Of a DNA stretch of 64,000 nucleotides, positions 11,493 to 21,426 are shown in pieces; the first letter of the stretch is position 1, and each line of letters starts with the position of its first letter. The translations under genes and the position numbers were made by a program. Under the pieces are notes generated by a model. The model was not told the origin of the DNA. It searched no databases and saw nothing but the letters and a program-made list of their open reading frames with translations. The stretch lies in the NCBI RefSeq assembly GCF_030013595.1, contig NZ_CP122768.1; one strand, given 5' to 3'. Origin of the DNA: Escherichia coli. Its GTDB lineage: Bacteria; Pseudomonadota; Gammaproteobacteria; Enterobacterales; Enterobacteriaceae.

Positions 11493-12563
11493 ATGAAAAA
11501 ATTGATCAATGATGTGCAAGACGTACTGGACGAACAACTGGCAGGACTAGCGAAAGCGCATCCATCGCTGACACTGCATCAGGATCCGGTGTATGTCACC
11601 CGAGCTGATGCCCCCGTGGCAGGAAAAGTCGCCCTGCTGTCGGGTAGCGGTAGCGGACACGAGCCGATGCACTGCGGTTATATCGGTCAGGGGATGCTTT
11701 CGGGGGCCTGTCCGGGCGAAATTTTCACCTCACCGACGCCCGATAAAATCTTTGAATGCGCCATGCAAATTGATGGCGGCGAAGGTGTACTGTTGATTAT
11801 CAAAAATTACACCGGCGATATTCTTAACTTCGAAACAGCAACCGAGTTACTGCACGATAGCGGCGTAAAAGTGACCACTGTGGTCATTGATGACGACGTT
11901 GCAGTAAAAGACAGTCTTTATACCGCCGGGCGGCGCGGCGTTGCCAACACCGTATTAATTGAAAAACTCGTAGGCGCAGCGGCGGAGCGTGGCGACTCAC
12001 TGGACGCCTGTGCGGAACTGGGGCGTAAGTTGAATAATCAAGGCCACTCAATAGGTATTGCTCTCGGTGCCTGTACCGTTCCTGCCGCGGGCAAACCTTC
12101 TTTTACCCTGGCGGACAATGAGATGGAGTTTGGCGTCGGCATTCATGGTGAGCCAGGTATTGACCGCCGTCCCTTCTCTTCCCTTGATCAAACCGTCGAT
12201 GAAATGTTCGACACCCTGCTGGAAAATGGCTCATACCATCGCACTTTGCGTTTCTGGGATTATCAACAAGGCAGCTGGCAGGAAGAATCACAAACCAAAC
12301 AACCGCTCCAGTCTGGCGATCGGGTGATTGCGCTGGTTAACAATCTTGGCGCAACTCCGCTTTCTGAGCTGTACGGCGTCTATAACCGCCTGACCACACG
12401 TTGCCAGCAAGCGGGATTGACTATCGAGCGTAATTTAATTGGCGCGTACTGCACCTCACTGGATATGACCGGTTTCTCAATCACCTTACTGAAAGTTGAT
12501 GACGAAACGCTGGCACTCTGGGACGCCCCGGTCCACACCCCGGCCCTTAACTGGGGTAAATAA
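11493..12563 (+). CDS. dhaK: Dihydroxyacetone kinase, dihydroxyacetone-binding subunit, 356 aa
   Basis: MKKLINDVQDVLDEQLAGLAKAHPSLTLHQDPVYVTRAD... within ORF 11463..12563; start set at the canonical MKKLIN. Confidence 0.9.
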   Translation: MKKLINDVQDVLDEQLAGLAKAHPSLTLHQDPVYVTRADAPVAGKVALLSGSGSGHEPMHCGYIGQGMLSGACPGEIFTSPTPDKIFECAMQIDGGEGVLLIIKNYTGDILNFETATELLHDSGVKVTTVVIDDDVAVKDSLYTAGRRGVANTVLIEKLVGAAAERGDSLDACAELGRKLNNQGHSIGIALGACTVPAAGKPSFTLADNEMEFGVGIHGEPGIDRRPFSSLDQTVDEMFDTLLENGSYHRTLRFWDYQQGSWQEESQTKQPLQSGDRVIALVNNLGATPLSELYGVYNRLTTRCQQAGLTIERNLIGAYCTSLDMTGFSITLLKVDDETLALWDAPVHTPALNWGK

Positions 12564-12573
12564 GGAGATAGCA

Positions 12574-13206
12574 ATGTCACTGAGCAGAACTCAAATTGTT
12601 AATTGGCTCACTCGTTGTGGCGATATTTTCAGCACCGAGAGCGAGTATCTTACCGGACTGGATCGCGAAATTGGCGACGCTGACCACGGGCTAAATATGA
12701 ACCGAGGTTTTAGCAAAGTGGTGGAAAAACTCCCTGCTATCGCAGATAAAGATATCGGTTTCATTCTCAAGAATACCGGCATGACGCTACTTTCCAGCGT
12801 CGGAGGTGCCAGTGGTCCGCTGTTCGGTACCTTCTTTATCCGCGCCGCACAGGCGACCCAGGCACGGCAAAGCCTGACGCTGGAAGAGCTTTATCAGATG
12901 TTCCGCGATGGCGCGGACGGCGTAATCAGTCGCGGGAAAGCCGAACCTGGCGATAAAACCATGTGTGATGTGTGGGTGCCGGTGGTGGAATCGTTACGTC
13001 AGTCCTGCGAGCAAAATCTCTCTGTTCCGGCGGCGCTCGACGCTGCCAGTAGCATCGCCGAATCCGCTGCACAAAGTACGATTACGATGCAAGCCCGCAA
13101 AGGCCGCGCCAGTTATCTCGGTGAACGCAGTATTGGTCACCAGGATCCCGGCGCGACCTCGGTGATGTTTATGATGAAAATGTTGGCGTTAGCCGCAAAA
13201 GAGTAA
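12574..13206 (+). CDS. dhaL: Dihydroxyacetone kinase, ADP-binding subunit, 210 aa
   Basis: MSLSRTQIVNWLTRCGDIFSTESEYLTGLDREIGDADHG... within ORF 12496..13206. Confidence 0.9.
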   Translation: MSLSRTQIVNWLTRCGDIFSTESEYLTGLDREIGDADHGLNMNRGFSKVVEKLPAIADKDIGFILKNTGMTLLSSVGGASGPLFGTFFIRAAQATQARQSLTLEELYQMFRDGADGVISRGKAEPGDKTMCDVWVPVVESLRQSCEQNLSVPAALDAASSIAESAAQSTITMQARKGRASYLGERSIGHQDPGATSVMFMMKMLALAAKE

Positions 13207-13216
13207 GGAATTGGTG

Positions 13217-14635
13217 ATGGTAAACCTGGTCATAGTTTCACATAGCAGCCGACTGGGAGAAGGTGTCGGTGAATTAGCCCGTCAGATGTTAATGGGTGAT
13301 AGTTGTAAAATCGCCATTGCCGCGGGAATTGACGATCCACAAAATCCCATTGGTACCGATGCCGTCAAAGTGATGGAGGCCATCGAATCTGTTGCCGATA
13401 CCGACCATGTGCTGGTCATGATGGATATGGGTAGCGCATTATTGAGTGCTGAAACTGCGCTGGAATTGCTGGCTCCCGAGATCGCCGCAAAAGTACGTTT
13501 GTGTGCTGCACCGTTGGTCGAAGGTACACTGGCAGCAACGGTCAGCGCGGCCTCGGGGGCGGAGATCGACAAAGTTATCTTTGACGCCATGCATGCGCTG
13601 GAAGCCAAACGTGAACAACTGGGTTTACCCTCCTCCGACACTGAAATCTCTGACACATGTCCTCCGTACGATGAAGAAGCCCGTTCTCTGGCGGTGGTCA
13701 TTAAAAACCGTAACGGCCTGCATGTACGTCCGGCCTCCCGGCTGGTTTATACCTTATCGACATTTAATGCCGATATGTTGCTGGAGAAAAACGGCAAATG
13801 CGTCACACCGGAGAGTATTAACCAGATTGCGTTACTACAAGTTCGCTATAACGATACGCTGCGCCTGATTGCGAAAGGGCCAGAAGCTGAAGAGGCACTG
13901 ATCGCTTTCCGTCAGCTGGCTGAAGATAACTTTGGTGAAACGGAGGAAGTTGCTCCACCTATTCTGCGTCCCGTTCCGCCTGTTTCGGGTAAAGCCTTTT
14001 ATTATCAACCGGTTTTATGTACGGTACAGGCAAAATCAACCCTGACCGTGGAAGAAGAACAAGAACGATTACGCCAGGCCATTGACTTCACGTTATTAGA
14101 TCTGATGACGTTAACAGCGAAAGCAGAAGCCAGCGGGCTTGACGATATTGCCGCAATCTTTTCTGGTCACCATACACTGTTAGATGATCCGGAACTACTG
14201 GCGGCGGCAAGCGAACTCCTTCAGCATGAACATTGCACGGCAGAATATGCCTGGCAGCAAGTTCTTAAAGAACTTAGCCAGCAATACCAGCAACTGGATG
14301 ATGAATATCTACAGGCTCGCTATATTGATGTGGACGATCTTCTGCATCGCACCCTGGTCCACCTGACCCAAACGAAAGAAGAACTCCCGCAGTTTAACTC
14401 GCCAACTATTCTACTGGCGGAGAACATCTATCCCTCCACAATACTGCAACTGGATCCGGCGGTTGTAAAAGGTATCTGCCTTAGCGCCGGAAGTCCGCTA
14501 TCCCACAGCGCCCTGATCGCCCGTGAACTGGGGATTGGCTGGATTTGCCAGCAAGGTGAGAAACTGTATGCGATACAACCAGAAGAAACGCTAACGCTGG
14601 ACGTTAAAACGCAACGTTTCAGCCGTCAGGGTTAA
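13217..14635 (+). CDS. dhaM: Dihydroxyacetone kinase phosphotransfer subunit (multiphosphoryl PTS protein: EIIA-like, HPr-like, EI-like), 472 aa
   Basis: MVNLVIVSHSSRLGEGVGELARQMLM... within ORF 13211..14635; HPr-like segment NRNGLHVRPASRLV present. Confidence 0.9.
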   Translation: MVNLVIVSHSSRLGEGVGELARQMLMGDSCKIAIAAGIDDPQNPIGTDAVKVMEAIESVADTDHVLVMMDMGSALLSAETALELLAPEIAAKVRLCAAPLVEGTLAATVSAASGAEIDKVIFDAMHALEAKREQLGLPSSDTEISDTCPPYDEEARSLAVVIKNRNGLHVRPASRLVYTLSTFNADMLLEKNGKCVTPESINQIALLQVRYNDTLRLIAKGPEAEEALIAFRQLAEDNFGETEEVAPPILRPVPPVSGKAFYYQPVLCTVQAKSTLTVEEEQERLRQAIDFTLLDLMTLTAKAEASGLDDIAAIFSGHHTLLDDPELLAAASELLQHEHCTAEYAWQQVLKELSQQYQQLDDEYLQARYIDVDDLLHRTLVHLTQTKEELPQFNSPTILLAENIYPSTILQLDPAVVKGICLSAGSPLSHSALIARELGIGWICQQGEKLYAIQPEETLTLDVKTQRFSRQG

Positions 14636-14646
14636 ACCACCGTTCG

Positions 14647-14670
14647 GATGGCATCGTTCTGATGCCATCC
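14647..14670 (+). terminator. Hairpin (ggatggcatc ... gatgccatcc) downstream of dhaM; possible terminator
   Basis: Perfect 10-bp inverted repeat seen 12 nt after the dhaM stop; weak U-tract. Confidence 0.4.
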
Positions 14671-14954
14671 GGCTATTTACTCTGCACTAATGTTTTTTAA
14701 CTATCTGTTATATTTTTCACCAATTTATGATGATTTTTCTTCGCTAATCGCGAACCCAACGCCGCTGACTGGCTAACAAACAGACGTTATTTGATCACTC
14801 TATTTCGCCGTTATTTATCCCTTTAATTCCCTTTTCTAAAATGCCTGACCGTTCGCAGAATGAGATTTCGATCATGCAGCTAGTGCGATCCTGAACTAAG
14901 GTTTTCTGATACTTGAATACCGTTTTATTCGGTTTCGCCAAAGGAGAATGATTG

Positions 14955-16652
14955 ATGAAATCCCCCGCAGCTTCTCGCCCGCTAAAAATGGCGTTAATTC
15001 CAGCCTGCATTTTTTTGTGTTTCGCTGCGCTATCGGTGCAGGCAGAAGAAACACCGGTAACGCCACAGCCGCCTGATATTTTATTAGGGCCGCTGTTTAA
15101 TGATGTGCAAAACGCCAAACTTTTTCCGGACCAAAAAACCTTTGCCGATGCCGTGCCGAACAGCGATCCGTTGATGATCCTTGCTGATTATCGGATGCAG
15201 CAAAACCAGAGCGGATTTGATCTGCGCCATTTCGTTAACGTCAATTTCACCCTGCCGAAAGAGGGCGAGAAATATGTTCCGCCAGAGGGGCAATCACTAC
15301 GCGAACATATTGACGGACTTTGGCCGGTATTAACGCGTTCTACCGAAAATACCGAAAAATGGGATTCTCTGTTACCGCTGCCGGAACCTTATGTCGTGCC
15401 GGGCGGACGTTTTCGCGAGGTATATTACTGGGACAGTTACTTCACCATGTTAGGGCTTGCCGAAAGCGGTCACTGGGATAAAGTCGCGGATATGGTAGCC
15501 AATTTTGCTCATGAAATAGACACTTACGGGCATATTCCCAACGGCAACCGCAGTTACTATTTAAGCCGCTCGCAACCGCCCTTCTTTGCCCTGATGGTAG
15601 AGTTACTGGTGCAGCATGAAGGCGATGCCGCGTTGAAGCAATACCTGCCGCAAATGCAAAAAGAATATGCTTACTGGATGGACGGTGTTGAAAACCTGCA
15701 AGCCGGACAACAGGAAAAACGCGTTGTAAAACTTCAGGATGGTACCCTTCTCAACCGCTACTGGGACGATCGCGATACGCCACGACCAGAGTCATGGGTG
15801 GAAGATATTGCCACCGCCAAAAGCAATCCGAATCGACCTGCCACTGAAATTTACCGCGACCTGCGCTCTGCCGCTGCGTCTGGCTGGGATTTCAGCTCGC
15901 GCTGGATGGACAATCCGCAGCAGTTAAATACCTTACGCACCACCAGCATCGTACCGGTCGATCTGAACAGCCTGATGTTTAAAATGGAAAAAATCCTCGC
16001 CCGCGCCAGCAAAGCTTCCGGAGATAACGCGATGGCAAACCAGTACGAAACGCTGGCGAATGCCCGTCAAAAAGGGATCGAAAAATACCTGTGGAACGAT
16101 CAACAAGGCTGGTATGCCGATTACGACCTGAAAAGTCATAAAGTGCGCAATCAGTTAACCGCTGCCGCCCTGTTCCCGCTGTACGTCAATGCGGCAGCGA
16201 AAGATCGCGCCAACAAAATGGCGACGGCGACGAAAACACATCTGCTGCAACCAGGCGGCCTGAACACCACGTCGGTGAAAAGTGGACAGCAATGGGATGC
16301 GCCAAATGGCTGGGCTCCCCTGCAATGGGTGGCGACAGAAGGGTTGCAAAACTACGGGCAGAACGAGGTGGCGATGGACATTAGCTGGCACTTCCTGACC
16401 AATGTTCAGCACACTTATGACCGGGAGAAGAAGCTGGTCGAGAAATATGATGTCAGCACCACCGGAACAGGGGGCGGCGGTGGCGAATATCCATTACAGG
16501 ATGGCTTTGGCTGGACCAATGGCGTGACGCTGAAAATGCTGGATTTGATCTGCCCGAAAGAGCAACCGTGTGACAATGTTCCGGCGACGCGTCCACTCAG
16601 TGAATCAACAACACAGCCGGTAAAACAAAAAGAGGCGGAACCTACGCCTTAA
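14955..16652 (+). CDS. treA: Periplasmic trehalase, 565 aa
   Basis: [63 protein letters not shown]...; signal peptide plus GH37 trehalase, matching recalled TreA. Confidence 0.9.
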   Translation: MKSPAASRPLKMALIPACIFLCFAALSVQAEETPVTPQPPDILLGPLFNDVQNAKLFPDQKTFADAVPNSDPLMILADYRMQQNQSGFDLRHFVNVNFTLPKEGEKYVPPEGQSLREHIDGLWPVLTRSTENTEKWDSLLPLPEPYVVPGGRFREVYYWDSYFTMLGLAESGHWDKVADMVANFAHEIDTYGHIPNGNRSYYLSRSQPPFFALMVELLVQHEGDAALKQYLPQMQKEYAYWMDGVENLQAGQQEKRVVKLQDGTLLNRYWDDRDTPRPESWVEDIATAKSNPNRPATEIYRDLRSAAASGWDFSSRWMDNPQQLNTLRTTSIVPVDLNSLMFKMEKILARASKASGDNAMANQYETLANARQKGIEKYLWNDQQGWYADYDLKSHKVRNQLTAAALFPLYVNAAAKDRANKMATATKTHLLQPGGLNTTSVKSGQQWDAPNGWAPLQWVATEGLQNYGQNEVAMDISWHFLTNVQHTYDREKKLVEKYDVSTTGTGGGGGEYPLQDGFGWTNGVTLKMLDLICPKEQPCDNVPATRPLSESTTQPVKQKEAEPTP

Positions 16653-16666
16653 CTTTGCTGTATATC

Positions 16667-16709
16667 GAGCAATGCCATTATGTGCATAAAATTGGCATTG
16701 CTCTTTTTT
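16667..16709 (+). terminator. Rho-independent terminator after treA (11-bp stem gagcaatgcca / tggcattgctc followed by T6)
   Basis: Hairpin plus U-tract seen directly 15 nt after the treA stop. Confidence 0.6.
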
Positions 16710-16934
16710 CGCCACGAAATGCCCCCCATTCTACGGTCTATGCCTTTATTTTCTTTTATCAGAGAAGATTTTAATTTTATTTTATCAATTTGTTAATCAT
16801 TACACCTCTATTTATATTTTTCGCCACTCCGCCATTCTCCCTGACAATTTTCTTGTGGAACAAAGTGTTATTTAAGCAACAAGCAAATCATTCTGTCTCT
16901 TTAGACAAATTTTGACATCAAACATGATTTTTTT

Positions 16935-16958
16935 CGATATATATGTAAATATATAGCG
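16935..16958. promoter_or_regulatory. ModE-type operator candidate: CGATATATA-tgtaaa-TATATAGCG, 25-48 bp upstream of the start codon of the ABC binding-protein gene
   Basis: Near-perfect inverted repeat seen directly; fits the ModE consensus as I recall it (CGnTATATA-N6-TATATAnCG). The downstream operon contains a ModD-like gene. Confidence 0.5.
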
Positions 16959-16982
16959 GTTTTTATTATCAGGATATAACTT

Positions 16983-18005
16983 ATGTCACTAACCAGACGG
17001 AGGTTTACACAGATTCTTGCGTCGACATTGTTCCTGCATCATCTGCCGTCCTTTGCACAATCAGTCAAATTCTGGGCCTCACTGACGCTTCCCGAAGCCC
17101 AAAACATTACACGCATCGTCAGCGCAGGCGCGCCCGCCGATTTACTATTGCTGGCTGTCGCGCCAGAAAAAATGGTCGGTTTTTCCTCTTTTGATTTTGC
17201 CCGTCAGGCATTAATTCCATTGCCAGAGCACATTCGCCAGTTCCCCAGGCTGGGACGACTCGCCGGGCGCGCCAGCACACTCTCGCTGGAAGGGCTTATG
17301 GCGTTACATCCCGATTTGGTCGTTGATTGCGGCAATACGGATGAAACCTGGATCTCCCAGGCACGGCAGGTTAGCGAACAGACACAAATACCCTGGTTAT
17401 TGCTTAACGGGAAACTGGAACAATCAGCAGAACAGTTAACAACGCTTGGCAAAACGTTAGGCGAAGAGCACCGCACCGCAGAACAAGCCAATCTCGCCAG
17501 CCGCTTCGTTGGTGAAGCTCAGGCATTCGCCACCTCACCCGCCGCTAACCTCAGCTTTTATGCTGCGCGCGGTCCTCGAGGGCTGGAAACGGGCTTACAG
17601 GGTTCGTTGCATACCGAGGCGGCGGAATTATTAGGTTTGCACAACGTCGCGCAAATAGCCGATCGCCACGGTCTGACACAGGTTTCCATGGAAAATCTCC
17701 TGCGCTGGCAGCCGGATATTATTCTGGTTCAGGAGGCCGTTACTGCAGATTTTATTCGTCGTGATCCTCTCTGGCAGGGCGTGAAAGCGGTTGCGGAACA
17801 ACGCATCTTATTTTTAAGTGGCCTGCCCTTTGGCTGGCTGGATGCCCCGCCGGGAATCAACCGTCTTCTGGGATTACGCAGACTTCACGCCTGGCTGGAT
17901 CCCGCCATCAATCGCCAGTTTAAAAGTGACATGCAGCATTACGCCCAACTGTTCTGGCATTGCCCATTAAGTGACGCCGACTATCAAAAATTGGTGGCGA
18001 GCTAA
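16983..18005 (+). CDS. ABC-transporter periplasmic substrate-binding protein, cluster A/class III (FecB/FhuD/BtuF-like), 340 aa, Tat-like signal peptide
   Basis: N-terminus MSLTRRRFTQILASTLFLHHLPSFAQS has a twin-arginine-like motif T-R-R-x-F and an AxA-like cleavage site; size and composition typical of iron-complex/cobalamin binding proteins; SD agga 8 nt upstream. Confidence 0.8.
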   Translation: MSLTRRRFTQILASTLFLHHLPSFAQSVKFWASLTLPEAQNITRIVSAGAPADLLLLAVAPEKMVGFSSFDFARQALIPLPEHIRQFPRLGRLAGRASTLSLEGLMALHPDLVVDCGNTDETWISQARQVSEQTQIPWLLLNGKLEQSAEQLTTLGKTLGEEHRTAEQANLASRFVGEAQAFATSPAANLSFYAARGPRGLETGLQGSLHTEAAELLGLHNVAQIADRHGLTQVSMENLLRWQPDIILVQEAVTADFIRRDPLWQGVKAVAEQRILFLSGLPFGWLDAPPGINRLLGLRRLHAWLDPAINRQFKSDMQHYAQLFWHCPLSDADYQKLVAS

Positions 18006-18985
18006 TGAGAACCGTAAACGGATGTATTTTGCTGCTGGCAGCTATCAGTATCACTTTTGCCGCCGTAAGTGGGGCTTATCATCTCGATATACAGCAACTG
18101 CTGGCGCTCATTCTGCGTCAAGAAAATGTTCCTGTGCAGGAACAAATTGTCTTCTGGCAAATCCGCGTGCCGCGTATTCTTGCTGCGCTGTTTCTGGGCG
18201 CGGCGCTGGCAGGGGCCGGAACCACCTATCAGGGAATGTTCCGTAATCCCTTAGTGTCACCGGATATTTTAGGCGTCTCCGCCGGTGCCGGACTTGGTGC
18301 CTGCGCGGCAATCCTGTGGGGATTATCCATTGTTTACATCCAGCTGTACGCATTTTGCGGCGGGCTGATGGTGGTCGCGGGCGTCTGGTTGATTACGCGT
18401 CGGGTGACCCGCCACGATCCGATCTTAACCCTGGTGCTGGTAGGCATTGCGTTAGGAACGTTGTGCGGAGCGGGGATATCGCTAATAAAAACGCTGGCCG
18501 ATCCTTACACCCAGTTACCGTCAATTACCTTCTGGTTGCTGGGGGGGCTGTCCACCGTGACCTTACGCGATCTCTGCTATGCTGCACCGATCATTCTCAT
18601 AGGCTCCTTGCCCCTGTTTTTTCTCCGCTGGCGCATGAATTTACTCACGCTTTCCGACGACGAAGCCCGTTCGCTGGGACTGAACGTGACACGTCTGCGC
18701 TTTGGATTAATTGTCTGCGCCACACTAATCACCGCCAGCACGGTAGCAATAGCGGGCATAATTGGTTGGGTCGGCCTGGTCGTTCCGCACATTGCCCGCT
18801 TGTTGACCGGTCATAACCATCAGCAGCTGTTGCCCATGGCAATGTGTACTGGCGCGATTCTGCTCCTGCTTACCGATACGCTGGCACGCAGCATTGGAAC
18901 AACAGAAATCCCACTTGGCATTCTGACCGCTTTTGTTGGTGCACCGTTTTTCCTGTTTTTGTTGTTACGCGGAGGTCGCCAGTGA
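18005..18985 (+). CDS. ABC-transporter permease, FecCD family, 326 aa
   Basis: Multi-pass hydrophobic protein with FecCD-like segment GAALAGAGTTYQGMFRNPLVSPDILGVSAGAGLG; start ATG overlaps the upstream stop (taATG). Confidence 0.8.
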   Translation: MRTVNGCILLLAAISITFAAVSGAYHLDIQQLLALILRQENVPVQEQIVFWQIRVPRILAALFLGAALAGAGTTYQGMFRNPLVSPDILGVSAGAGLGACAAILWGLSIVYIQLYAFCGGLMVVAGVWLITRRVTRHDPILTLVLVGIALGTLCGAGISLIKTLADPYTQLPSITFWLLGGLSTVTLRDLCYAAPIILIGSLPLFFLRWRMNLLTLSDDEARSLGLNVTRLRFGLIVCATLITASTVAIAGIIGWVGLVVPHIARLLTGHNHQQLLPMAMCTGAILLLLTDTLARSIGTTEIPLGILTAFVGAPFFLFLLLRGGRQ

Positions 18986-19740
18986 CTTTGCTTGCCGTCC
19001 GTCATGCGTCTCTGGGTTACTCCCGCCATCCGGTGCTACGCGACGTGTCCTTCACCCTGTCGCAAGGAACAATTTGTTGTCTGTTAGGAGCCAATGGTTG
19101 CGGCAAAACCACACTCATGCGCTCCATTCTTGGCGTTATACCGTTATTAAAAGGCGAGATCTTACTGGATAGCCTCCCTGTGCAGACACTCAGCCATCGC
19201 CAGCGCGCGCAGGCTATTGCCTGGGTGCCGCAGGCGCACGACGGCATTTTTGCTTTTAGTGTGCTGGATATGGTGTTGATGGGCCTGGCCCCCACCATAG
19301 GCGCTTTTTCCGTTCCCGGTAAGCAAGAACGCCTGAAAGCAACGGAGCAACTGGAAAAGCTGGGCATTTTGCATCTGGCGACACGACGCTGGAATACGCT
19401 TAGCGGCGGTGAACGTCAGCTGGCTTTAATCGCTCGTGCACTCGTCCAGCAACCGCGCTTGTTATTACTGGATGAGCCTGCCTCCAGCCTCGATTTCGGT
19501 CATCAGATCCAACTACTGGACACGCTGGCGCAGCTCAAAAATAACGGCATGACAATGTTAATGTCGACTCATCATCCGCTCCATGCCAACGCCATTGCCG
19601 ACAGCATTATCCAGGTAGAGCCAGATGGACGAGTAACACAAGGCTTACCGACCGAACAGTTAACAACGAACAAACTGGCTGCCCTGTACCGGGTTTCTGC
19701 CGACCAGATTCACCATCACCTCTCTGCAATTAAGCACTAA
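18982..19740 (+). CDS. ABC-transporter ATP-binding protein, 252 aa (GTG start overlapping the permease stop)
   Basis: Walker A GANGCGKTT, ABC signature LSGGERQ, Walker B LLLLDEP; SD ggagg 6 nt upstream of the GTG at 18982. Confidence 0.8.
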   Translation: MTLLAVRHASLGYSRHPVLRDVSFTLSQGTICCLLGANGCGKTTLMRSILGVIPLLKGEILLDSLPVQTLSHRQRAQAIAWVPQAHDGIFAFSVLDMVLMGLAPTIGAFSVPGKQERLKATEQLEKLGILHLATRRWNTLSGGERQLALIARALVQQPRLLLLDEPASSLDFGHQIQLLDTLAQLKNNGMTMLMSTHHPLHANAIADSIIQVEPDGRVTQGLPTEQLTTNKLAALYRVSADQIHHHLSAIKH

Positions 19741-19749
19741 GGAAAAATC

Positions 19750-20550
19750 ATGCTCATTGACGATATTGATTTTGCAGACCTTTACCTTCAGCAACTCAGG
19801 CTGGCCCATCGCACAGAAAAAACGCCGGATCACTGGGATCAACGGGCGGAAAATTGCGCCTCGCCTACGGACAGCTACCTGCAACAACTGATCGCTAAAA
19901 TTGACCTACAAGGCGCTCAGACCTTATTCGATATGGGCTGCGGACCGGGTACCGTATCGCTGGCGCTGGCTGACAAACTCACGACGATTTATGGCGTTGA
20001 TTACAGTCAGGGGATGCTGAAGGTTGCCGCCCGTCGCGCCGCCGCGCTAAAGGCAGACAATGTCCACTGGATCCAGCGCGCCTGGGAAGAGGACTGGAGT
20101 GACCTGCCACGCTGCGATATTGCCGTGGCTTCCCGCTCCACTCTGGTGGCTGATATGCGCCAGGCAATGAGCAAACTGAATAATCAGGCACGGCTTCGCG
20201 TCTATACGACTCATCTGGTCAGCACCTCGTTCGTCTCTCCAGCCATTCAGCGGGCGGCTGGTCGGGAAGTGATCGAATTACCCAACTATATCTTTGCGCT
20301 CAACGTCCTGTATCAGATGGGAATTTATGCTCACGTTGATTTTATCCGTGGACAAAATTGCCAACAGGATAACAGCACCTGGGAACGTTTTGAGCAGAAC
20401 GTCAGCTGGAGTCTGGGCGCGCTTAACGACGATGAGCGTGAGCGGTTATATCGCTGGTATCAACAACAAGATGCTCGTGCCCTCGCCCCTGCCAGCCGCG
20501 ACTGGGCGCTCATCTGGTGGGATAGCGTACCGCAAGAGGCACTGCGATGA
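19750..20550 (+). CDS. Class I SAM-dependent methyltransferase, 266 aa
   Basis: Motif I LFDMGCGPGTVS (GxGxG) followed by an acidic residue in VDYS; embedded in the transporter operon; SD aagga upstream. Confidence 0.7.
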   Translation: MLIDDIDFADLYLQQLRLAHRTEKTPDHWDQRAENCASPTDSYLQQLIAKIDLQGAQTLFDMGCGPGTVSLALADKLTTIYGVDYSQGMLKVAARRAAALKADNVHWIQRAWEEDWSDLPRCDIAVASRSTLVADMRQAMSKLNNQARLRVYTTHLVSTSFVSPAIQRAAGREVIELPNYIFALNVLYQMGIYAHVDFIRGQNCQQDNSTWERFEQNVSWSLGALNDDERERLYRWYQQQDARALAPASRDWALIWWDSVPQEALR

Positions 20551-21401
20551 TTTTCCTTTCTCAGGCACAAATCGATGCGTTACTTCTGGAAGATATCCAG
20601 GGCGGTGACCTGACCACGCGAGCATTAAATATTGGACACCAGCATGGCTATATAGAGTTTTTTCACCGTCAGGGCGGCTGCGTCAGCGGAATTTCTGTCG
20701 CGTGTAAGATGTTAACTACGCTGGGATTAACTATTGATGACGCGGTCAGCGACGGTTCACAAGCGAACGCGGGTCAGCGGCTAATCCGTGCGCAGGGTAA
20801 TGCCGCAGCACTTCATCAGGGATGGAAGGCAGTCCAGAATGTGCTGGAGTGGAGTTGCGGTGTTTCTGATTATCTCGCTCAAATGCTGGCGTTACTTCGT
20901 GAACGTTACCCTGATGGCAATATCGCCTGCACCCGAAAAGCAATTCCGGGCACCCGCTTACTGGCCTCGCAGGCAATTCTGGCTGCCGGAGGACTGATTC
21001 ATCGTGCCGGATGTGCGGAAACCATATTATTGTTTGCCAACCACCGCCATTTTCTTCATGACAATCAGGACTGGTCAGGCGCAATCAATCAGTTACGTCG
21101 CCACGCACCCGAGAAGAAAATAGTTGTTGAAGCCGACACGCCGAAAGAGGCAATCGCCGCGTTACGCGCGCAACCAGACGTACTTCAGCTCGACAAATTT
21201 AATCCGCAACAGGCAACTGAAATTGCGCAAATAGCACCGTCGCTGGCTCCTCACTGCACGCTGGCTCTGACCGGCGGAATTAATCTGACAACACTCAAAA
21301 ATTACCTCGACTGCGGCATTCGCCTTTTTATTACCTCCGCGCCTTATTACGCGACACCAGCTGACATTAAAGTCAGTCTGCAACCCGCAGCCTCTATTTA
21401 A
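20547..21401 (+). CDS. modD: ModD-like protein (quinolinate/nicotinate-nucleotide pyrophosphorylase fold), 284 aa
   Basis: QPRTase-type motif CTRKAIPGTRLL and overall size typical of ModD; start overlaps the methyltransferase stop (ATGA). Symbol refers to the family, not to a verified orthologue. Confidence 0.65.
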   Translation: MIFLSQAQIDALLLEDIQGGDLTTRALNIGHQHGYIEFFHRQGGCVSGISVACKMLTTLGLTIDDAVSDGSQANAGQRLIRAQGNAAALHQGWKAVQNVLEWSCGVSDYLAQMLALLRERYPDGNIACTRKAIPGTRLLASQAILAAGGLIHRAGCAETILLFANHRHFLHDNQDWSGAINQLRRHAPEKKIVVEADTPKEAIAALRAQPDVLQLDKFNPQQATEIAQIAPSLAPHCTLALTGGINLTTLKNYLDCGIRLFITSAPYYATPADIKVSLQPAASI

Positions 21402-21426
21402 TTCTTTGTTAAACGGAATTTATTCT

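Noticed and set aside
16667-16703. Palindrome gagcaatgcca...tggcattgctc as a regulator operator for the accessory operon
   Set aside because: It is 15 nt after the treA stop and followed by a T-run; more simply explained as the treA intrinsic terminator. The ModE-like palindrome at 16935..16958 is the better operator candidate.
18844-19740. Long 298-aa version of the ABC ATPase ORF
   Set aside because: Its upstream part overlaps the permease in another frame; the GTG at 18982 with a GGAGG Shine-Dalgarno and the Walker A motif shortly downstream gives the typical ATPase length.
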